From assembly GCF_009914755.1 (NCBI RefSeq), contig NC_060929.1: a stretch of DNA of 64,000 bases. The stretch is one strand, 5' to 3'. This DNA is from the human T2T-CHM13v2.0 reference genome, Homo sapiens. How positions within the stretch are numbered: position 1 is the stretch's first letter; each line of letters opens with the position of its first letter. The notes under the pieces were generated by a model. That model was not told where the DNA came from, searched no databases, and saw only the letters and a program-made list of their open reading frames with translations. Made by a program: the position numbers and the translations under genes. Shown piece after piece: positions 1 to 20,966 of this stretch.

Positions 1-1141
1 GTTTCTCATATAACTAATCAACACAGTTGTCGGAGTAAACAACCTGTGTTTTTCAAAGTTCCGCAACGCTAAATAATTGTTTTCCTCCTTAAGCCTTTTA
101 TTTCACCTCAACTTTATATAATTAATATTTTTGCTCTTCATGCTAGTTGCATTCAAACCAAGTTCCCACTATTCAGGGTATTTAATACAGATTATGTATT
201 TCCAGTTCTAGAAATGAAGATCATCTTAATATGCTCAAGGGAGTTTTGGTCTAATCTGGACTTTTCTTCCAGATGCTGTGGACATTTACCATACCCTCAA
301 CAACTATCTAGTCTAACCAGATCTGGCCGTCATTAGATTGGCCCAGTATTTCCCACATATTTGACTGGATTGTTCATCTTTCACTTTAAGCACACTCTTT
401 ATCAATGAGTGTAACTGCTGGCTTTGCTTACTTTTGCAATTCGGTGGGCTGAATAACAAGTTATCTAATAATTTATCTATCTCTCTCTGTGTCTGTTTCT
501 GTCTCCTTACTACCCTGCCTGTATATTCTACATTCTGTATCACACTGAGATGGTGTGGTAGTGGTATATGGTGTAACTGTGCGAATGTGTGAGAGTAAGA
601 AGTGCACTGGGGGCAGAGTTTTAGGCAGATATTCTTTTGGAAAGCATCTCTCTCCTCTTATTTCATGTCAAAGCTGAAAATGAATTCTCCATTGGATAGA
701 AACACAGACACTTCTGAATATTGAAACTAGTAACTGCCAAGCTCTAAAAGCTATAATATTTCTATTTAAAATTTTTCATGACTAATTTTGTTTAAGCTAA
801 AATAACCTTATCAGTGGGTGGCAGCTCTGATTCTAAAACTGTGATTGTCATCAGAAGAACTTTACATAAATATAATAAATACATGCGTCCCAACACAAAC
901 CTAATTAATCATAATCTCTGTGAGATGATTCTCAGGAATCTCTGCATTTGAAAACCCTTATTTATCAGAAATAACCAAGTTTGAAATTCTCTAGTGAAAA
1001 TTATATTGAAATGGTGTTGACTCTTAGTTTATTATGGGTAAAATATGTTTGAACTTATATTTATAGAATATTAATTATATTTTGTCCTTTGTTATACCAT
1101 CTCTCCAATTATACTGTGATACTTTTAGAGTAAGATTTAGC

Positions 1142-1418
1142 TCACCCAGGCAGGAATCCAGTGGCACAATCTCAGCTCACTGTAACCTCCGCCTCCCAGG
1201 TTCAAGCAATTCTCCTGCCTCTGCCTCAGCATCCTGAGTAGCTGGGATTACAGGCATGTGCCACCACACCTGGCTAATTTTGTATTTTTAGTAGAGACAC
1301 GGTTTCACCATGTTATTCAGGTTGGTCTCGATGGTCTCAAACTCCTGACCTTAGGTGATCCACCCCCTTCAGATTCTCTAAGTGCTGGGATTACAGGCAT
1401 GAGCCACTGTGCTCGGCC
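1142..1418 (-). mobile_element. Alu (AluS-like), lacking poly(A) end
   Basis: Reverse Alu motifs cagtggcacaatctcagctcactg, gagtagctgggattacagg and gagccactgtgctcggcc. Confidence 0.9.
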
Positions 1419-2427
1419 TGTACATGCTTTCTAAAAGTTTTAAGAATGCAACTTTTCATTTCCTAGGTTCACTGGTAAGGTTTACTCTTACTTGGCAGTG
1501 CGGTTTCCGGGTGGAAATTAAGAAACTTCAGTGTGTTTCATTATTCTCTCTGTCCAAATATTCTGAAAAATAATCAAAGTAACTGCCTGAAATTATTCAA
1601 GTTTGTTGATAAATCTTTATAAGCCAAAGTAGGCAGGTTGTGAAGTTTTTTTTCTAGTCATGCCACATCCCACTTATAATAAAGTATTATGCAATGATTC
1701 ACAAGGCTGGTTGATCCTTTTCCTGGTTTCACCAGACAAGCACCTTACTATACTCACCTGAAGAATGGCAACAGCTTCCTAAATCATGACCCTTACTCAA
1801 TTTTGATCTCAAGTCAATGTCCCACACAGCACCAAGGTGATCTACAAAAATTTAAAATTAAAAAAAGCACGTAATATAAATCTAAATCAGATTATATCAC
1901 TCACTTTCTTTAAACTCTCCAATGATTTCCCATTTGAATTAAAGAAAATTACAACTTCTTAGCACAGCCAATGGAATCCCAAATTATCTGGTCCCTGACT
2001 TTATCTTACACCACTACCTTCTCATTCACTCTGCTCCCACAACAAAGGCCTTTTTTTTTTTGGCTCTTAAAATTATCCTGTAGATCCAAAACTATGTAAT
2101 TCCAAGAAGAAAAGGTAAGGGAAAATATTTATGATATTGGTTTGGCAATTATTTCTTTGATGTGACATCAAAGTTCAGGCAATAAAAGAAAAAGTAGACA
2201 AGTAGGACTACATCAAACTTGAAAACTTTTGTTCACCAAAGGATAGAATCATTGTGAAAAAGCAGCCAACAGAATGGGAGAAAATATTTGCAATTGTATA
2301 TTTAACAAGGAGTTAATATCCAGAATATATAAAGAACATGTACATCTCAACAACAGAAACTCAACTCAATTTTAGAAATGGGTGAAGGACTTGAATAGAC
2401 ATTTCTCCAGTGATAATATAAAATGGC

Positions 2428-2780
2428 TGTATTAGTCCATTTTCACACTGCTGATAAAGACATGCCTGATACTGGGAAGAAAAAGATGTTTAATTGGACT
2501 TACAGTTCCACATGGCTGGGGAGGACTCAGAATCATGGAGGGAGGTAAAGGGCTCTTCTTACACGGTGGCAGCAAGAGAAAATGAGGAAGAAGCAAAAGC
2601 AGAAACTCCTGAAAAACCCATCAGATCTTGTGAGACTTAGTCACTATCACGAGAATAGCATGAGAAAGACTGGCCCCCATGATTCAATTACCTCCCCCTG
2701 GTTTTCTACCACAACATGTGGGAATTCTGGGAGATATAAATCAGTCGAGATTTGGGTGGGGACACAGCTGAACCATATCA
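2428..2780 (-). mobile_element. Solo MaLR LTR (THE1C-like)
   Basis: tgtattagtccattttcacactgctgataaagac...aaccatatca; exact 5-bp TSD ATGGC at 2423-2427 and 2781-2785; homologous to the LTRs at 57686 and 59604. Confidence 0.9.
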
Positions 2781-2891
2781 ATGGCCAACAAGCTTATAAA
2801 ATGATGTTTAACATCACTAATCATTACACAAATGCAAACACAAACCACAATGAGATGTCCACTCACACTTACTAGAATGGCCACTTTCAAA

Positions 2892-2900
2892 CACACACAG

Positions 2901-2940
<40 letters not shown>
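2892..2940. repeat. Compound (CA)n(GA)n microsatellite
   Basis: Directly visible. Confidence 0.95.
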
Positions 2941-2944
<4 letters not shown>

Positions 2945-5900
2945 TAACAAGTTTTGGCAGAGATTTGGAGAAGTTAGAACCCATGTGCACTGTTGATGGG
3001 ATTGTAAATGGTGCAAGCACTATAGAAAACAGTATGGCAGTCACCCAGAAAATTAAAAATAGAGCTAACATACGATCCAACAATACCACTTCTGAGTATA
3101 CATCCAGAAGAAATGAAAGCAGGGTGTCTAAGAGATATTTAAATATTCATGTCTACAGCAGCACTATTTATGACTGCCAAGAGTTAGAAGCAATGCAAAT
3201 GCCATCAATGGATAACTGAATAAACAAAATGTGTTATTTATATACAATAGAATACTACGCAGCCTTAAAAAGGAAAGAAATTCTGTCACATGTTACAACA
3301 TGGATGAAACTTGAGGATATTATGCTAAGTGAAATAAGTCAGTCACAAAAGGACAAATTCTGATTTTATTTATATGAAGTATCTAAAGTAGTCAAATTCA
3401 TAGATACAAAAAGTAGAGTGGTAGTTGCCAGGGGTCAGGGAAAGGGGAATTATACAATGTGTATATAGTTTCAGTGTTGCAAGATAAATAAGCTCTAGAA
3501 ATCTGTTGCATAACAATGTAAATATACTTAATACTATGGAACTGCACACTTAAAATGCTTAAGATGACAAATTTTATGCTATTGTTGTAACCACAGTGAT
3601 GCAAAAATACCTAAAATTTTTTCTCTGCCTGGAAAGTCTTGCCCTTGAATCTTCTCATTTCTGACCCCTTCATGGCATTCACCTTAGCTCATGTTTCCTC
3701 TGTCCAAAAGAGATGTCTCTTATACCCAATGTAAAGTAGCCTGCCTAAGTCACCTTCACATACGATCTCCCTAATTTGTTTTCCTAATGGCACTTATTAT
3801 CATTTGAATTTATCCTATTCACATTTACAGTATTTTCTGCTCCATCTCTGCCATTAGAATGAATTTCTATGTCTTATACGCTGCTATATGTTCAATATAT
3901 AGAACTTGGAATGAATGATAGAGCCTTCTCAATAAATACTTGTGAAATAATAAATGAAATATTTTAAGAAGGATTGAGCAATGCATTAATTCTTGCTAAC
4001 CTCTGAACAAATAAATCATATTCATTTCAGCAAGATGTGGAAGTTGTGTCATGTCGCAGAATGTGTTTTGTAAACAAATTGAATTATTTGACTAATGTGG
4101 GCAAAGAAGAGTGATAACACATTAAGCGGAGAGTGAGTGATAGGAAAAAGGCTAAATGTGGACATATAAAGGATTCAGTAAAATGGAAAAGCTGAATAAG
4201 TAGTTAGAATAAGGTAAAGTCACGTTTAGATGGGCTCATTTGTCATGAGTGTGAGAGGGAACAGAGAACCAAGTGAAATAGTTGGGAACTAATACAGGTA
4301 TGGAGGGGAAAGAACAAAATACAGAGGCAGAATGGGGAAGTGTAAATCTTAGATGATAACCTAACATGCAAGCAGAAGTACACTTAAGACACATGTATAT
4401 CTGAATTATTTGGATCAGAGGAAACATGCCATCCCTTTCTTCAGCTATGTGACACATTCAAAACCAGGATTTGTTGAGATTAATTAGAGAATGGTAATGA
4501 AAAAAGGTTGAATTCAATAAATTAATTTCTGTAAATGTTTTTGAAATTAACTTATAAGTGATGAGGACAATGATGATGATAATGATGATTATGATATACA
4601 TATAGTTACAGAGACCTTTAAAATTTACTGTCTATCAATGAGGACAATCACTGACAGATACCAAGAGCCACTGTTAGAGAAGTTATTCTTGTTAAAAATT
4701 ATTCACTGTGTTGAGTGAAAATCTGGAAACTTCTATTTTATCTTTTTAATCATATTATTGCCCACTAAACTAATAAAGAATGCCTGCTTTTTGTGTATAA
4801 GAAGTATTCAAATATCTGATAATGCCAATCTCGACTCATATTGAATAAAGTAATTTATAGGATAAACCTCTGGTAACTCCACCCATTTCGTCTGAGAACA
4901 CTCAGTATTCTGATACTCTGTGATTTTGCTTTTCAAAATTATCTTGAAAATATTTTATGCTAAAATGTATGCAATACTCCAGAAGTAGTTGTATAATTAA
5001 GGTATTATATCCCTTAATTCTGAATATTATATTTTATATTGCTAGTTTGGCAAGAAGTATCATGAGGAGAGCCCAGAGCTATCTCATTGGAACTTTTTTG
5101 TGTCAAGTCTTCTACTTACATGGCTAAATTGTTAAAATAAAAGCAAAATTCTTAATTTAATCTCAGAAATTGTCGTATTGCTTTTAGTCCAATATGATAG
5201 CTGTAATATGCAATTTTATCATCCAATATATTAGGTATTCATTCACTTTTATATTTGTAAATCTCACAACAACTAAGAGTGCTTAACAAAGTATAATAGG
5301 TAACTACAGGAGGTATTCCTCTGTACGGAAATTAGGGGCACAACAAATTAGAGCAAACACTGCAGGGAACTTTAGATTGCTACACGAGACAAGAACTATT
5401 TGACCCAGAGAACAGCTCCTTGTCCGACAAAAATAAAACTCACAAACATTGCATTTACTTATTACATTTCCCCTTACTGCAAAGAGAGAGTTTATTTTCA
5501 GAATCTGTATTCATTGCCAAGGAGAGAAGAAATCTTTAAAAATAACTGAGGAAACATACCAGAGTTACAAATATTGATCAAGTCAGACATTCATTTATAA
5601 ATATGTATGTACAGTTCATCTTTCCAAAAATTTGCAGAATATTTCATATAGAGTAAATTTGGAATACACTAATATTCATTTATTTAGCAAATGTTTATTG
5701 ACTACCCACTCTGTGTGGGCAGTCATTTTTTTAAACACTAAGGATAGAAATGTGAACTAGCTAATAAGGCATTAGCCATAAAGGTGCAAATAAAGAAACA
5801 GAATTAATGCAAATGAAAGATAAATTCAGTTACAGTTCACACCAGCTGAAGTATTAAAGAGCATTTTTAACAAAATAATAACAGACTGCTTTAGCATGTT

Positions 5901-6366
5901 AAAAATGTGATTGATAACATACATGTTAAAGCATGTGAATGATAAAAAAATGTGTTTAGTAAACAACATCTAAAGGGCTGAATAGTTAAACAGATATCAC
6001 TAAAAACAAAAATAGAAAACCAAACACTAAGACAAGTGATTCTCACAGAATACCTGATAAAAGATAAAAAGATGAACGCTGTCATTGTGAAGTGTTCTTT
6101 GTAGATGTACTTAAACATGGCTTCTGCGCATAGGAAAGAATATGAAGAAGTATTTCTGGTTTAAAAAATATATTTGATTATTACAATCACCAATTCGAAA
6201 CCTTGATTATTTATAGACAAATTTATAAAAATAATTTCATTTAAAATACATTTCTAGAAGTGTTTTAGAATTTTATTAATCAAATTCCCCTTTTTCAATT
6301 TCAAGCTGTGTCTAAAATATTGTAGGTTTCATTTCTTGTTTAGTGACTTTATTTTGCTGGTTAATA

Positions 6367-9362
<2,996 letters not shown>

Positions 9363-9515
9363 TATACAAAACCTTGTAAAAATAATTATTTCTTGTAATT
9401 CTAACAAGTAGACTTAAATATAGTGATTCTTAAAGTTTTTTTTAAATGTCATATCCTATTAATAAGCTAGTAACATTTTTTTGATATTAAAAAGTATAAT
9501 TGATTGGTATTATAC

Positions 9516-10740
9516 TTTTTTATTATACTTTAAGTTTTAGGGTACATGTGCACAACATGCAGCTTTGTTACATATGTATACATGTGCCATGTTGGTGTGC
9601 TGCACCCATTAACTCGTCATTTAACATTAGGTATATCTCCTAATGCTATCCCTCCCCCCTTCCCCCACCCCACAACAGGCCCTGGTGTGTGATGTTCCCC
9701 TTCCTGTGTCCAAGTGTTCTCATTGCTCAATTCCCACCTATAAGTGAGAACATGCAGTGTTTGGTTTTTTGTCCTTGCGATAGTTTGCTGAGAATGATGG
9801 TTTCCAGCTTCATCCATGTCCCTACAAAGGACATGAACTCATCATTTTTTATGGATGCATAGTATTCCATGGTGTATATGTGCCACATTTTCTTAATCCA
9901 GTCTATCATTGTTGGACAGTTGGGTTGGTATTTGTTATTGTGAATAGTGCTGCAATAAACATACATGTGCATGTGTCTTTATAGCAGCATGATTTATAAT
10001 CCTTTGGGTATATACCCAGTAATGGATGGCTGGGTCAAATGGTATTTCTAGTTCTAGATCCCTGAGGAATCGCCACACTGACTTCCACAATGGTTGAACT
10101 AGTTTACAGTCCCATCAACAGTGTAAAAGTGTTCCTATTTCTCCACATCCTCTCCAGCACCTGTTGTTTCCTGACTTTTAAATGATCGCCATTCTAACTG
10201 GTGTGAGATGGTATCTCATTGTGGTTTTGATTTGCATTTCTCTGATGGCCAGTGATGGTGAGCATTTTTTCATGTGTCTGTTGGCTGCATAAATGTCTTC
10301 TTTTGAGAAGTGTCTGTTCATATCCTTCGCCCACTTGTTGATGGGGTTGTTTTTTTCTTGTAAATTTGTTTGAGTTCTTTATAGATTCTGGGTATTAGCC
10401 CTTTGTCAGATGAGTAGATGGCAAAAATTTTCTCCCATTCTGTAGGTTGCCTGTTCACTCTGATGGCAGTTTCTTTGACTGTGCAGAAGCTCTTTAGTTT
10501 AATTAGATCCCATTTGTCAATTTTGGCTTTTGTTGCCATTGCTTTTGGTGTTTTAGACATGAAGTCCTTGCCCATGCCTATGTCCTGAATGATATTGCCC
10601 AGGTTTTCTTCTAGAGTTTTTATGGTTTTAGGTCTAACATTTAAGTCTTTAATCCATCTTGAATTAATTTTTGTATAAGGTGTAAAGAAGGGATCCAGTT
10701 TCAGCTTTCTACATATGGCTATCCAGTTTCCCAGCACCAT
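9516..10740 (-). mobile_element. L1PA (about PA4-5) 3' fragment: ORF2 C-terminus and 3'UTR
   Basis: ttattatactttaagttttagggtacatgtgcacaac terminus; ORF2 C-terminal peptide ...HCMFSLIGGN (ORF 9727-9972); homology ends at cagcaccat 10740. Confidence 0.93.
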
Positions 10741-10748
10741 AACATTTA

Positions 10749-14061
<3,313 letters not shown>

Positions 14062-14124
14062 TATGATGTTAACTGGTTATTTTGCTCGTTTGTTGATGCA
14101 GTTTCTTCCTAGCATCGATGGTCT

Positions 14125-15141
14125 TTACAATTTGGCATGCTTTTGCAGTGGCTGGTACCAGTTGTTCCTTTCCATGTTTAGTGCTTCCTTCAGGAGCTCT
14201 TATAGGGCAGGCCTGGTGGTGACAAAATCTCTCAGCATTTGCTTGTCTGTAAAGGATTTTATTTCTCCTTCACTTATGAAGCTTAGTTTGGCCGGATATG
14301 AAATTCTGGGTTGAAAATTCTTTTCTTTAAGAATGTTGAATATTGGCCCCCACTCTCTTCTGGCTTGTAGAGTTTCTGCCGAGAGATCAGCTGTTAGTCT
14401 GATAGGCTTCCCTTTGTGGGTAACCCAAGCTTTCTCTCTGGCTGCCCTTAACATTTTTTCCTTCATTTCAACTTTGGTGAATCTGACAATTATGTGTCTT
14501 GGAGTTGCTCTTCTCAAGGAGTATCTTTGTGGCATTCTCTGTATTTCCTGAATTTGAATGTTGGCCTCCCTTGCTAGGTTGGGGAAGTTCTCCTGGATAA
14601 TATCCTGTAGAGTGTTTTCCAACTTGGTTCCATTCTCCCTGTCATTTTCAGGTACACCAATCAGATGTAGATTTGGTCTTTTCACATAGTCCCATATTTC
14701 TTGGAGGCTTTGTTCATTTCTTTTTATTCTTTTTTCTCTAAACTTATCTTCTCACCTCATTTCATTCATTTCATCTTCAGTCACTGATAGCCTTTCTTCT
14801 AGTTGATCTAATTGGCTACTGAAGCTTGTGCATTCATCATGTAGTTCTCATGCCATGGTTTTCAGCTCCATCAGGTGCTTTAAGGACTTCTCTGCATTGG
14901 TTATTCTAGTTAGCCACTCATCTAATCTTTTTTCAAGATTTTTAACTTCTTTGAGATGGGTTCAAACTTCCTCTTTTAGCTCGGAGAAGTTTGATCATCT
15001 GAAGCCTTCTTCTCTCAACTCGTCAAAGTCATTCTCCGTCCAGCTTTGTTCCATTGCTGGTGAGGAGCTGCTTTCCTTTGGAGGAGGAGAGGTGCTCTGA
15101 TTTTTAGAATTTTCAGTTTTTCTGTCCTGTTTTTTCCCCAT
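14125..15141 (-). pseudogene. L1 ORF1p remnant
   Basis: ATG at 15141; peptide KRPNLHLIGVPE...FVTTRPAL; premature stop at 14200-14202. Confidence 0.9.
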
Positions 15142-15679
15142 CTTGGTGGTTTTATCTACCTTTGGTCTTTGATGATGGTGACGTACAGATGGGGTTTTGG
15201 TGCAGATGTCCTTTCTGTTTGTTAGTTTTCCTTCTAACAGTCAGGACCCTCAACTGCAGGTCTGTTGGAGTTGGCTGGAGGTTCACTCCAGACCCTGTTT
15301 GCCTGGGTATCAGCAAATGTTGATGTCTGATCGTTCCTCTGGAAGTTTCATCTCAGAGGGGTACCCGGCTGTGTGAGGTGTCAGTCTGCCCCTACTAGGG
15401 GGTGCCTCCCAGTTAGGCTACTCGGGGGTCAGGGACCCACTTGAGGAGGCAGTCTGTCCATTCTCAGATGTCAAACTCTGTGCTGGGAGAACCACTACTC
15501 TCTTCAAAGCTGTCAGACAGGGACATTTAAGTCCGCAGAGGTTTCTGCTGCCTTTTGTTCAGCTATGCCCTGCCCCCAGAGGTGGAGTCTACAGAGGCAG
15601 GCAGGCCTTCTTGAGCTGCAGTGGGCTCCACCCAGTTCCAGCTTCCCGGCCCCTTTGTTTACCTACTCAAGCCTCAGCA

Positions 15680-15754
15680 ATGGTGGGCGCCCCTCCTCCA
15701 GCCTCGCTGCCACCTTGCAGTTCAATCTCAGACTGCTGTGCTAGCAATGAGTGA
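15680..15754 (+). pseudogene. L1 antisense ORF0 remnant (24 aa, premature TGA)
   Basis: ATG at 15680 translates MVGAPPPASLPPCSSISDCCASNE*, matching the recalled ORF0 N-terminus MAGAPPPASLPPCSLISDCCASN. Confidence 0.75.
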
Positions 15755-16632
15755 GGCTCTGTGGGCGTGGGACCCTCCAAGCCAGGCACAGGATATAATC
15801 TCCTGGTGGGCCGTTTGCTAAGACCATTGGAAAAGCGCAGTATTAGTGTGGGAGTGACCTGATTTTTCAGGTGCCATCTGTCACAGCTTTGCTGGGCTAT
15901 GAAAGGGAATTCCCTGACCCCTTGCACTTCGCAGGTGAGGCCATGTCTCGCTCTGCTTTGGCTCACACTCGATGCGCTGCACCCACTGTCCTGCACCCAC
16001 TGTCCGACAAGCCCCAGTGAAATGAACCCGGTACCTCAGTTGGAAATGCAGAAATCACCCATCTTCTGCATCGCTTGCACTGGGAGCTGTAGCCAGGAGC
16101 TGTTCCTATTTGGCCATCTTGGAACTGCCTCAGAAGGTTTCTTAGACAGTGGCCTAGGCAGCTTCTACATGGGCCTTTGTGGGAGCTGCCCAGGTTTTGC
16201 TCAGTGTTCTGTTTCTGTAATCTGCATCCACACCTGCTCTACCCTTGTTTAGGCTGATCTTGGTCTTTAGAAAGAAACTTGGCCATAAGTTTATGGTTTC
16301 ATAGCTTAATTGTCCACAAGAAAGAATGACCTGGATCAAGGATCTTCTTTGATTTTCTTTGGGAAAAGTTTGACATCTGACCTTGGACAACTGCACTCAG
16401 ATTCTGCGGGGTGACCCTGTGACCTCACGTGCCCTGCACTTCCTTTTCCTGAGAGCTTTCACTGCTCTGGACTCTCCAGAACCACAAGGCAAGGGTTTGG
16501 CTGCAGGTGAAGGATGTGAACCAGTCCTGGAAGACCCAGTGGAAAAGGAAAGAATCCCCAGGATGAGGAATGGGAGGAAGGGTGAGAGGCTCTTCTTAGA
16601 GAAAGAAAGGTGGCTGGAGGATCAGAGAACTC

Positions 16633-16664
<32 letters not shown>

Positions 16665-16689
16665 TGTGTGTGTGTGTCTGTGTGTGTGT
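16633..16689. repeat. (TG)n microsatellite
   Basis: Directly visible. Confidence 0.95.
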
Positions 16690-17615
16690 CCAGGATGAGG
16701 TTAGTGGAGTTCCAGAGAGACAGGGTTGCCTTCTGGGGCTGAGAATACGGATTCCTTGGTATTCAGGCTCTGGTCCTGTTCCTCTCCTGGTCCTACTCAT
16801 CCTGCCTCCCACTCCTCCCTTCCTCCTCATTCTGTCCTTCAGCCTTTTTGTCACCACTCCTCCTTCCCCTTTCTGCTCCCGCTCCCCCATGTCCTGTCAC
16901 CTCCTTTTCCTTTCACACACAGAGGATGCAGGTCAACACTGGAAAGGGTTGCTGCAGTCTGAGAAGCTGAAGGAATGTTTTACACCAGCAGGAGAAGCTA
17001 TACAGCTATGGAAATAAATATCATGTGTATTGTTGAAAAAAATAGAACATATATCAATGGAAGAGAAGAGAGAATTCAGAAATAGATCCTTACATATATG
17101 TTTAACTCATGATTCTTAGACATGAATATAGTTATATGTATATATATAATCACGTTTTTGATGATTATCTATCTTTACCTCCAAAATAGGGAACATTAAG
17201 AGAACTTAAAAAGAAGCCACAATATAGGAGATACTATATTTATATCCAAAAAAGGATTTTTTTAATAGTATGTATATAATGCAGTCTGATAATATAAACA
17301 GCACAATGAAACGATTTGGCAAAAGACTTGAATAGATACTTCAGAAAAGAAGATACGTGAATGGTCAATTAGCACATGCAAAGATGCTCAACTCTTTAGT
17401 CATCCGGGAGATCAGTCAATACAATGATGAGATACCATTACATATCCATGAGAACAATAAAGTTAAAAAGGCTGAAAATACCACATGTTGGTAAGGATAT
17501 AAAGCACTTGGAAGTCTTACACTTGTGGGAATGAAAAATGGTCCGACTTCTTTGAAAATCTGGATAACAGTTTCTTCTAAGTTTAAACACATACAAATCA
17601 GATGGGCAGTCTTTC

Positions 17616-18381
<766 letters not shown>

Positions 18382-19634
18382 CAAGCATGGTGTAGCCACA
18401 CAAAGGAATACTACTCAGCAATTACAGCGTATTAACTGTTGATGAAAATACTCATACAGATGGATTAATATGATGCATGAAAGAAGGCAGACATAAAAGA
18501 ACACAGGTCTAATTTCATTTACAGAAAATGGTTAAAAACGCAAACTGACCTAACTTGACACTTGCTCCCTGGGGTGGAGGGTTGAAAGAGTGATGAACTG
18601 CAAAGCCTTACAAGAAACTTTGGGCTTATGGAAATTCCCATGTCTCGATTATAGCAGTTGTTCCATTTGTGTATACATTTGTAAATATGCATTTAATTAT
18701 ATATTTTAAAGTGCTGCAGTCTATTGTACTTAATTTATACCTTTATAACATTGACTTAATAATCTTAATATCTCCATACTAGCAATTACCAGATAGAAAA
18801 TGAAATTCAATAAAACATAATAGAGATTAATATCGAAAATCATTGCATGCTTAAGAATACATATAATGAAGCAGATACAAAGCCCCTGAAAGCTATTGGT
18901 GAGAGAAATTAAAGAAGAGTAAATAGAGAAATGTATATCATGTTCATGGATTGGAAGACTCAATTTTGTGAGGATATCACATCAACATAATTCTGATTAA
19001 TAATTCTAGTAGGAGTTTTAAAGAAATGTACATGCTAATTTAAAAATGTATTTGAAAATCAAATAATCTAGAATAGGCAAGTTGGTCTTGAAAAAGTTGG
19101 AAGACTTACTCTGCTAGATTTCAAAACTCATTTTAGAGCTACAATAATTTAAAAGCTATGGTACGGGTGTAAGTATACATAAATAAAGTAAAAGAATACA
19201 GATTCAAAAAATACACCCCCTATGTACAGTTATTTAAATTTTTTAGAAACAAAAACACCAATGCCCTTCATTGGGGAAATGAGAGACTTTTCAATAGAAA
19301 GTTTCTGAGTGAAATAATATTTGTTGTTTTAAAAAGTTAATAGTAACAGCCACTTTCTACCATACATTGAAATTAACTTAAGATGTGAAAGTTAGAATTA
19401 GAAACCTTCTAAAGGAAAAAATACAAACTATTTTCATGAACTTGACATAGGAAAATATTTCTTAGACCAGAAAATATTTCTTAGACTGTAGCACTGACCA
19501 CAATAAGAAATCAGTTAAATTGTACTTCATTTTTAAAAAGCTTCTGCTTATTATAGGTTAGTGTTTAACAAGGCAAAACCTATCTGGAGACCAAGAATAA
19601 TTATTTGCAACATATATGCATGTTGCAAATAAAT

Positions 19635-19753
19635 ATACTTATATATATTAATATAAATATAAATATATATATTAATATAAATATAAATATATATATTAAT
19701 ATAAATATAAATATATATATATTAATATAAATATAAATATATATATATATATT
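19635..19753. repeat. AT-rich minisatellite, unit about ATATATATTAATATAAATATAAAT
   Basis: About four near-identical units visible. Confidence 0.9.
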
Positions 19754-20529
19754 AGTCTTGAGTGGGTCCAACCTCTATGGTCCCCTCTGTTTGGCATGGG
19801 GTGAGGAAGTCCACTCTGGCCTTAGAACAGCATGGACTGCCAGGCATTCTCAGAGAGGGTCTCAACTTCAGCGCTTCACATGTACATATATGAAACAATG
19901 GACTCATTCAAAATATATAAATAACTCCAATAGGTCACAAAGAAAATGATAAACAACCCAGTATATCAATGAGTGGAAAAATTTGAAAAGGTGCTTTACA
20001 TAAGAAGTTATCTAAATAACCAATAAGCATGGGAAAACCAAAATATCCCTACACATCTGGTAGAATGGCTAAAATTTAAAAGACTGAAAATATTAAGTGT
20101 GTGGGAATGTAGAACGACTGGAAATAGCCTATGTTTTTCATAGAAATGTAAAATAATATAATCATTTTGCAAAACTCTGTGTCCGTTTTCAGCCTTTCAC
20201 CAAGAAATTCCATCCCTAGCGATCGATACCAAGGAGAAATGAGTATGTATATTCACAGAAAGAAGTGCATAAGAATATTCAGTTACTTATGCATAAGAGC
20301 CAACAAGTAAACCTGTCTACCATCACAAAAATGGATATCAAATTGTGTGATAATTATGCAATAAATAGGATATTACTAGGCCAAAACAAAATGAAATGAA
20401 AGAAAAACACAAACAAATTGGTAGCATACTGATATATCCAACTGATTAAGAGAAGTCAAAACAAGAGAAGATACTGAATGATTTCATTGTTATGAAGCAC
20501 AAAAATAAGCAAAATTAATCAGCTGTGGC

Positions 20530-20966
20530 TGCTATAGTTTAGATATTTGTCCCCTCCCAATCTCATGTTTAAATTTGATCCCCAATGTTGGAGGTGGGGC
20601 TTAATGGGAGGTGTTTGGGTTATGGGAGTGGATCTCCATGAATAGATTAATCCCCTCCCAGGGAGAAGGTAGTGAGTGAATTCTCATTCTATTAGTTCCT
20701 GCAAGAGCTGGTTATTAAAAAGAGTCTTGAGCTTTTCTTCTCTCTTTTGCTTCCTCTTTCACCATATGATCTTTGCACACACTGGTTCCCTTTCATCTTC
20801 TGCAGGGTGGGGAAGCAGCCTCAGGCCCTCATTAAGAGCAGTTGTTGGTGCCATTCTTCTTCTGCAGCCTACAGAACTATGAGCGAAATATATCTCTTTT
20901 CTTTATAAATGACCCAGCCTCTTGTATTCCTTTATAGCAACGCAAAGGGACAAAAGGACTAAGATA
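20530..20966 (+). mobile_element. Solo MaLR LTR (MSTB-like)
   Basis: tgctatagtttagatatttgtcccctc...ggactaagata; near-TSD gtggc/gtgac. Confidence 0.8.

Larger units (their letters stand above)
2080..3605 (+). mobile_element. Old L1 (L1MA/L1MB-type) ORF2 3' end and 3'UTR, interrupted by a THE1 LTR
   Basis: L1 motifs cagaatgggagaaaatatttgcaa, gacttgaatagacatttctcca and tatgctaagtgaaataagtcagtcaca; boundaries approximate. Confidence 0.8.

Noticed and set aside
16383-17017. Overlapping 119-143 aa ORFs with CVCV/HTHT tracts
   Set aside because: Produced by the (TG)n microsatellite and low-complexity pyrimidine tract
19635-19753. Regularly spaced repeats as a CRISPR-like array
   Set aside because: No unique spacers; simple AT minisatellite in eukaryotic DNA
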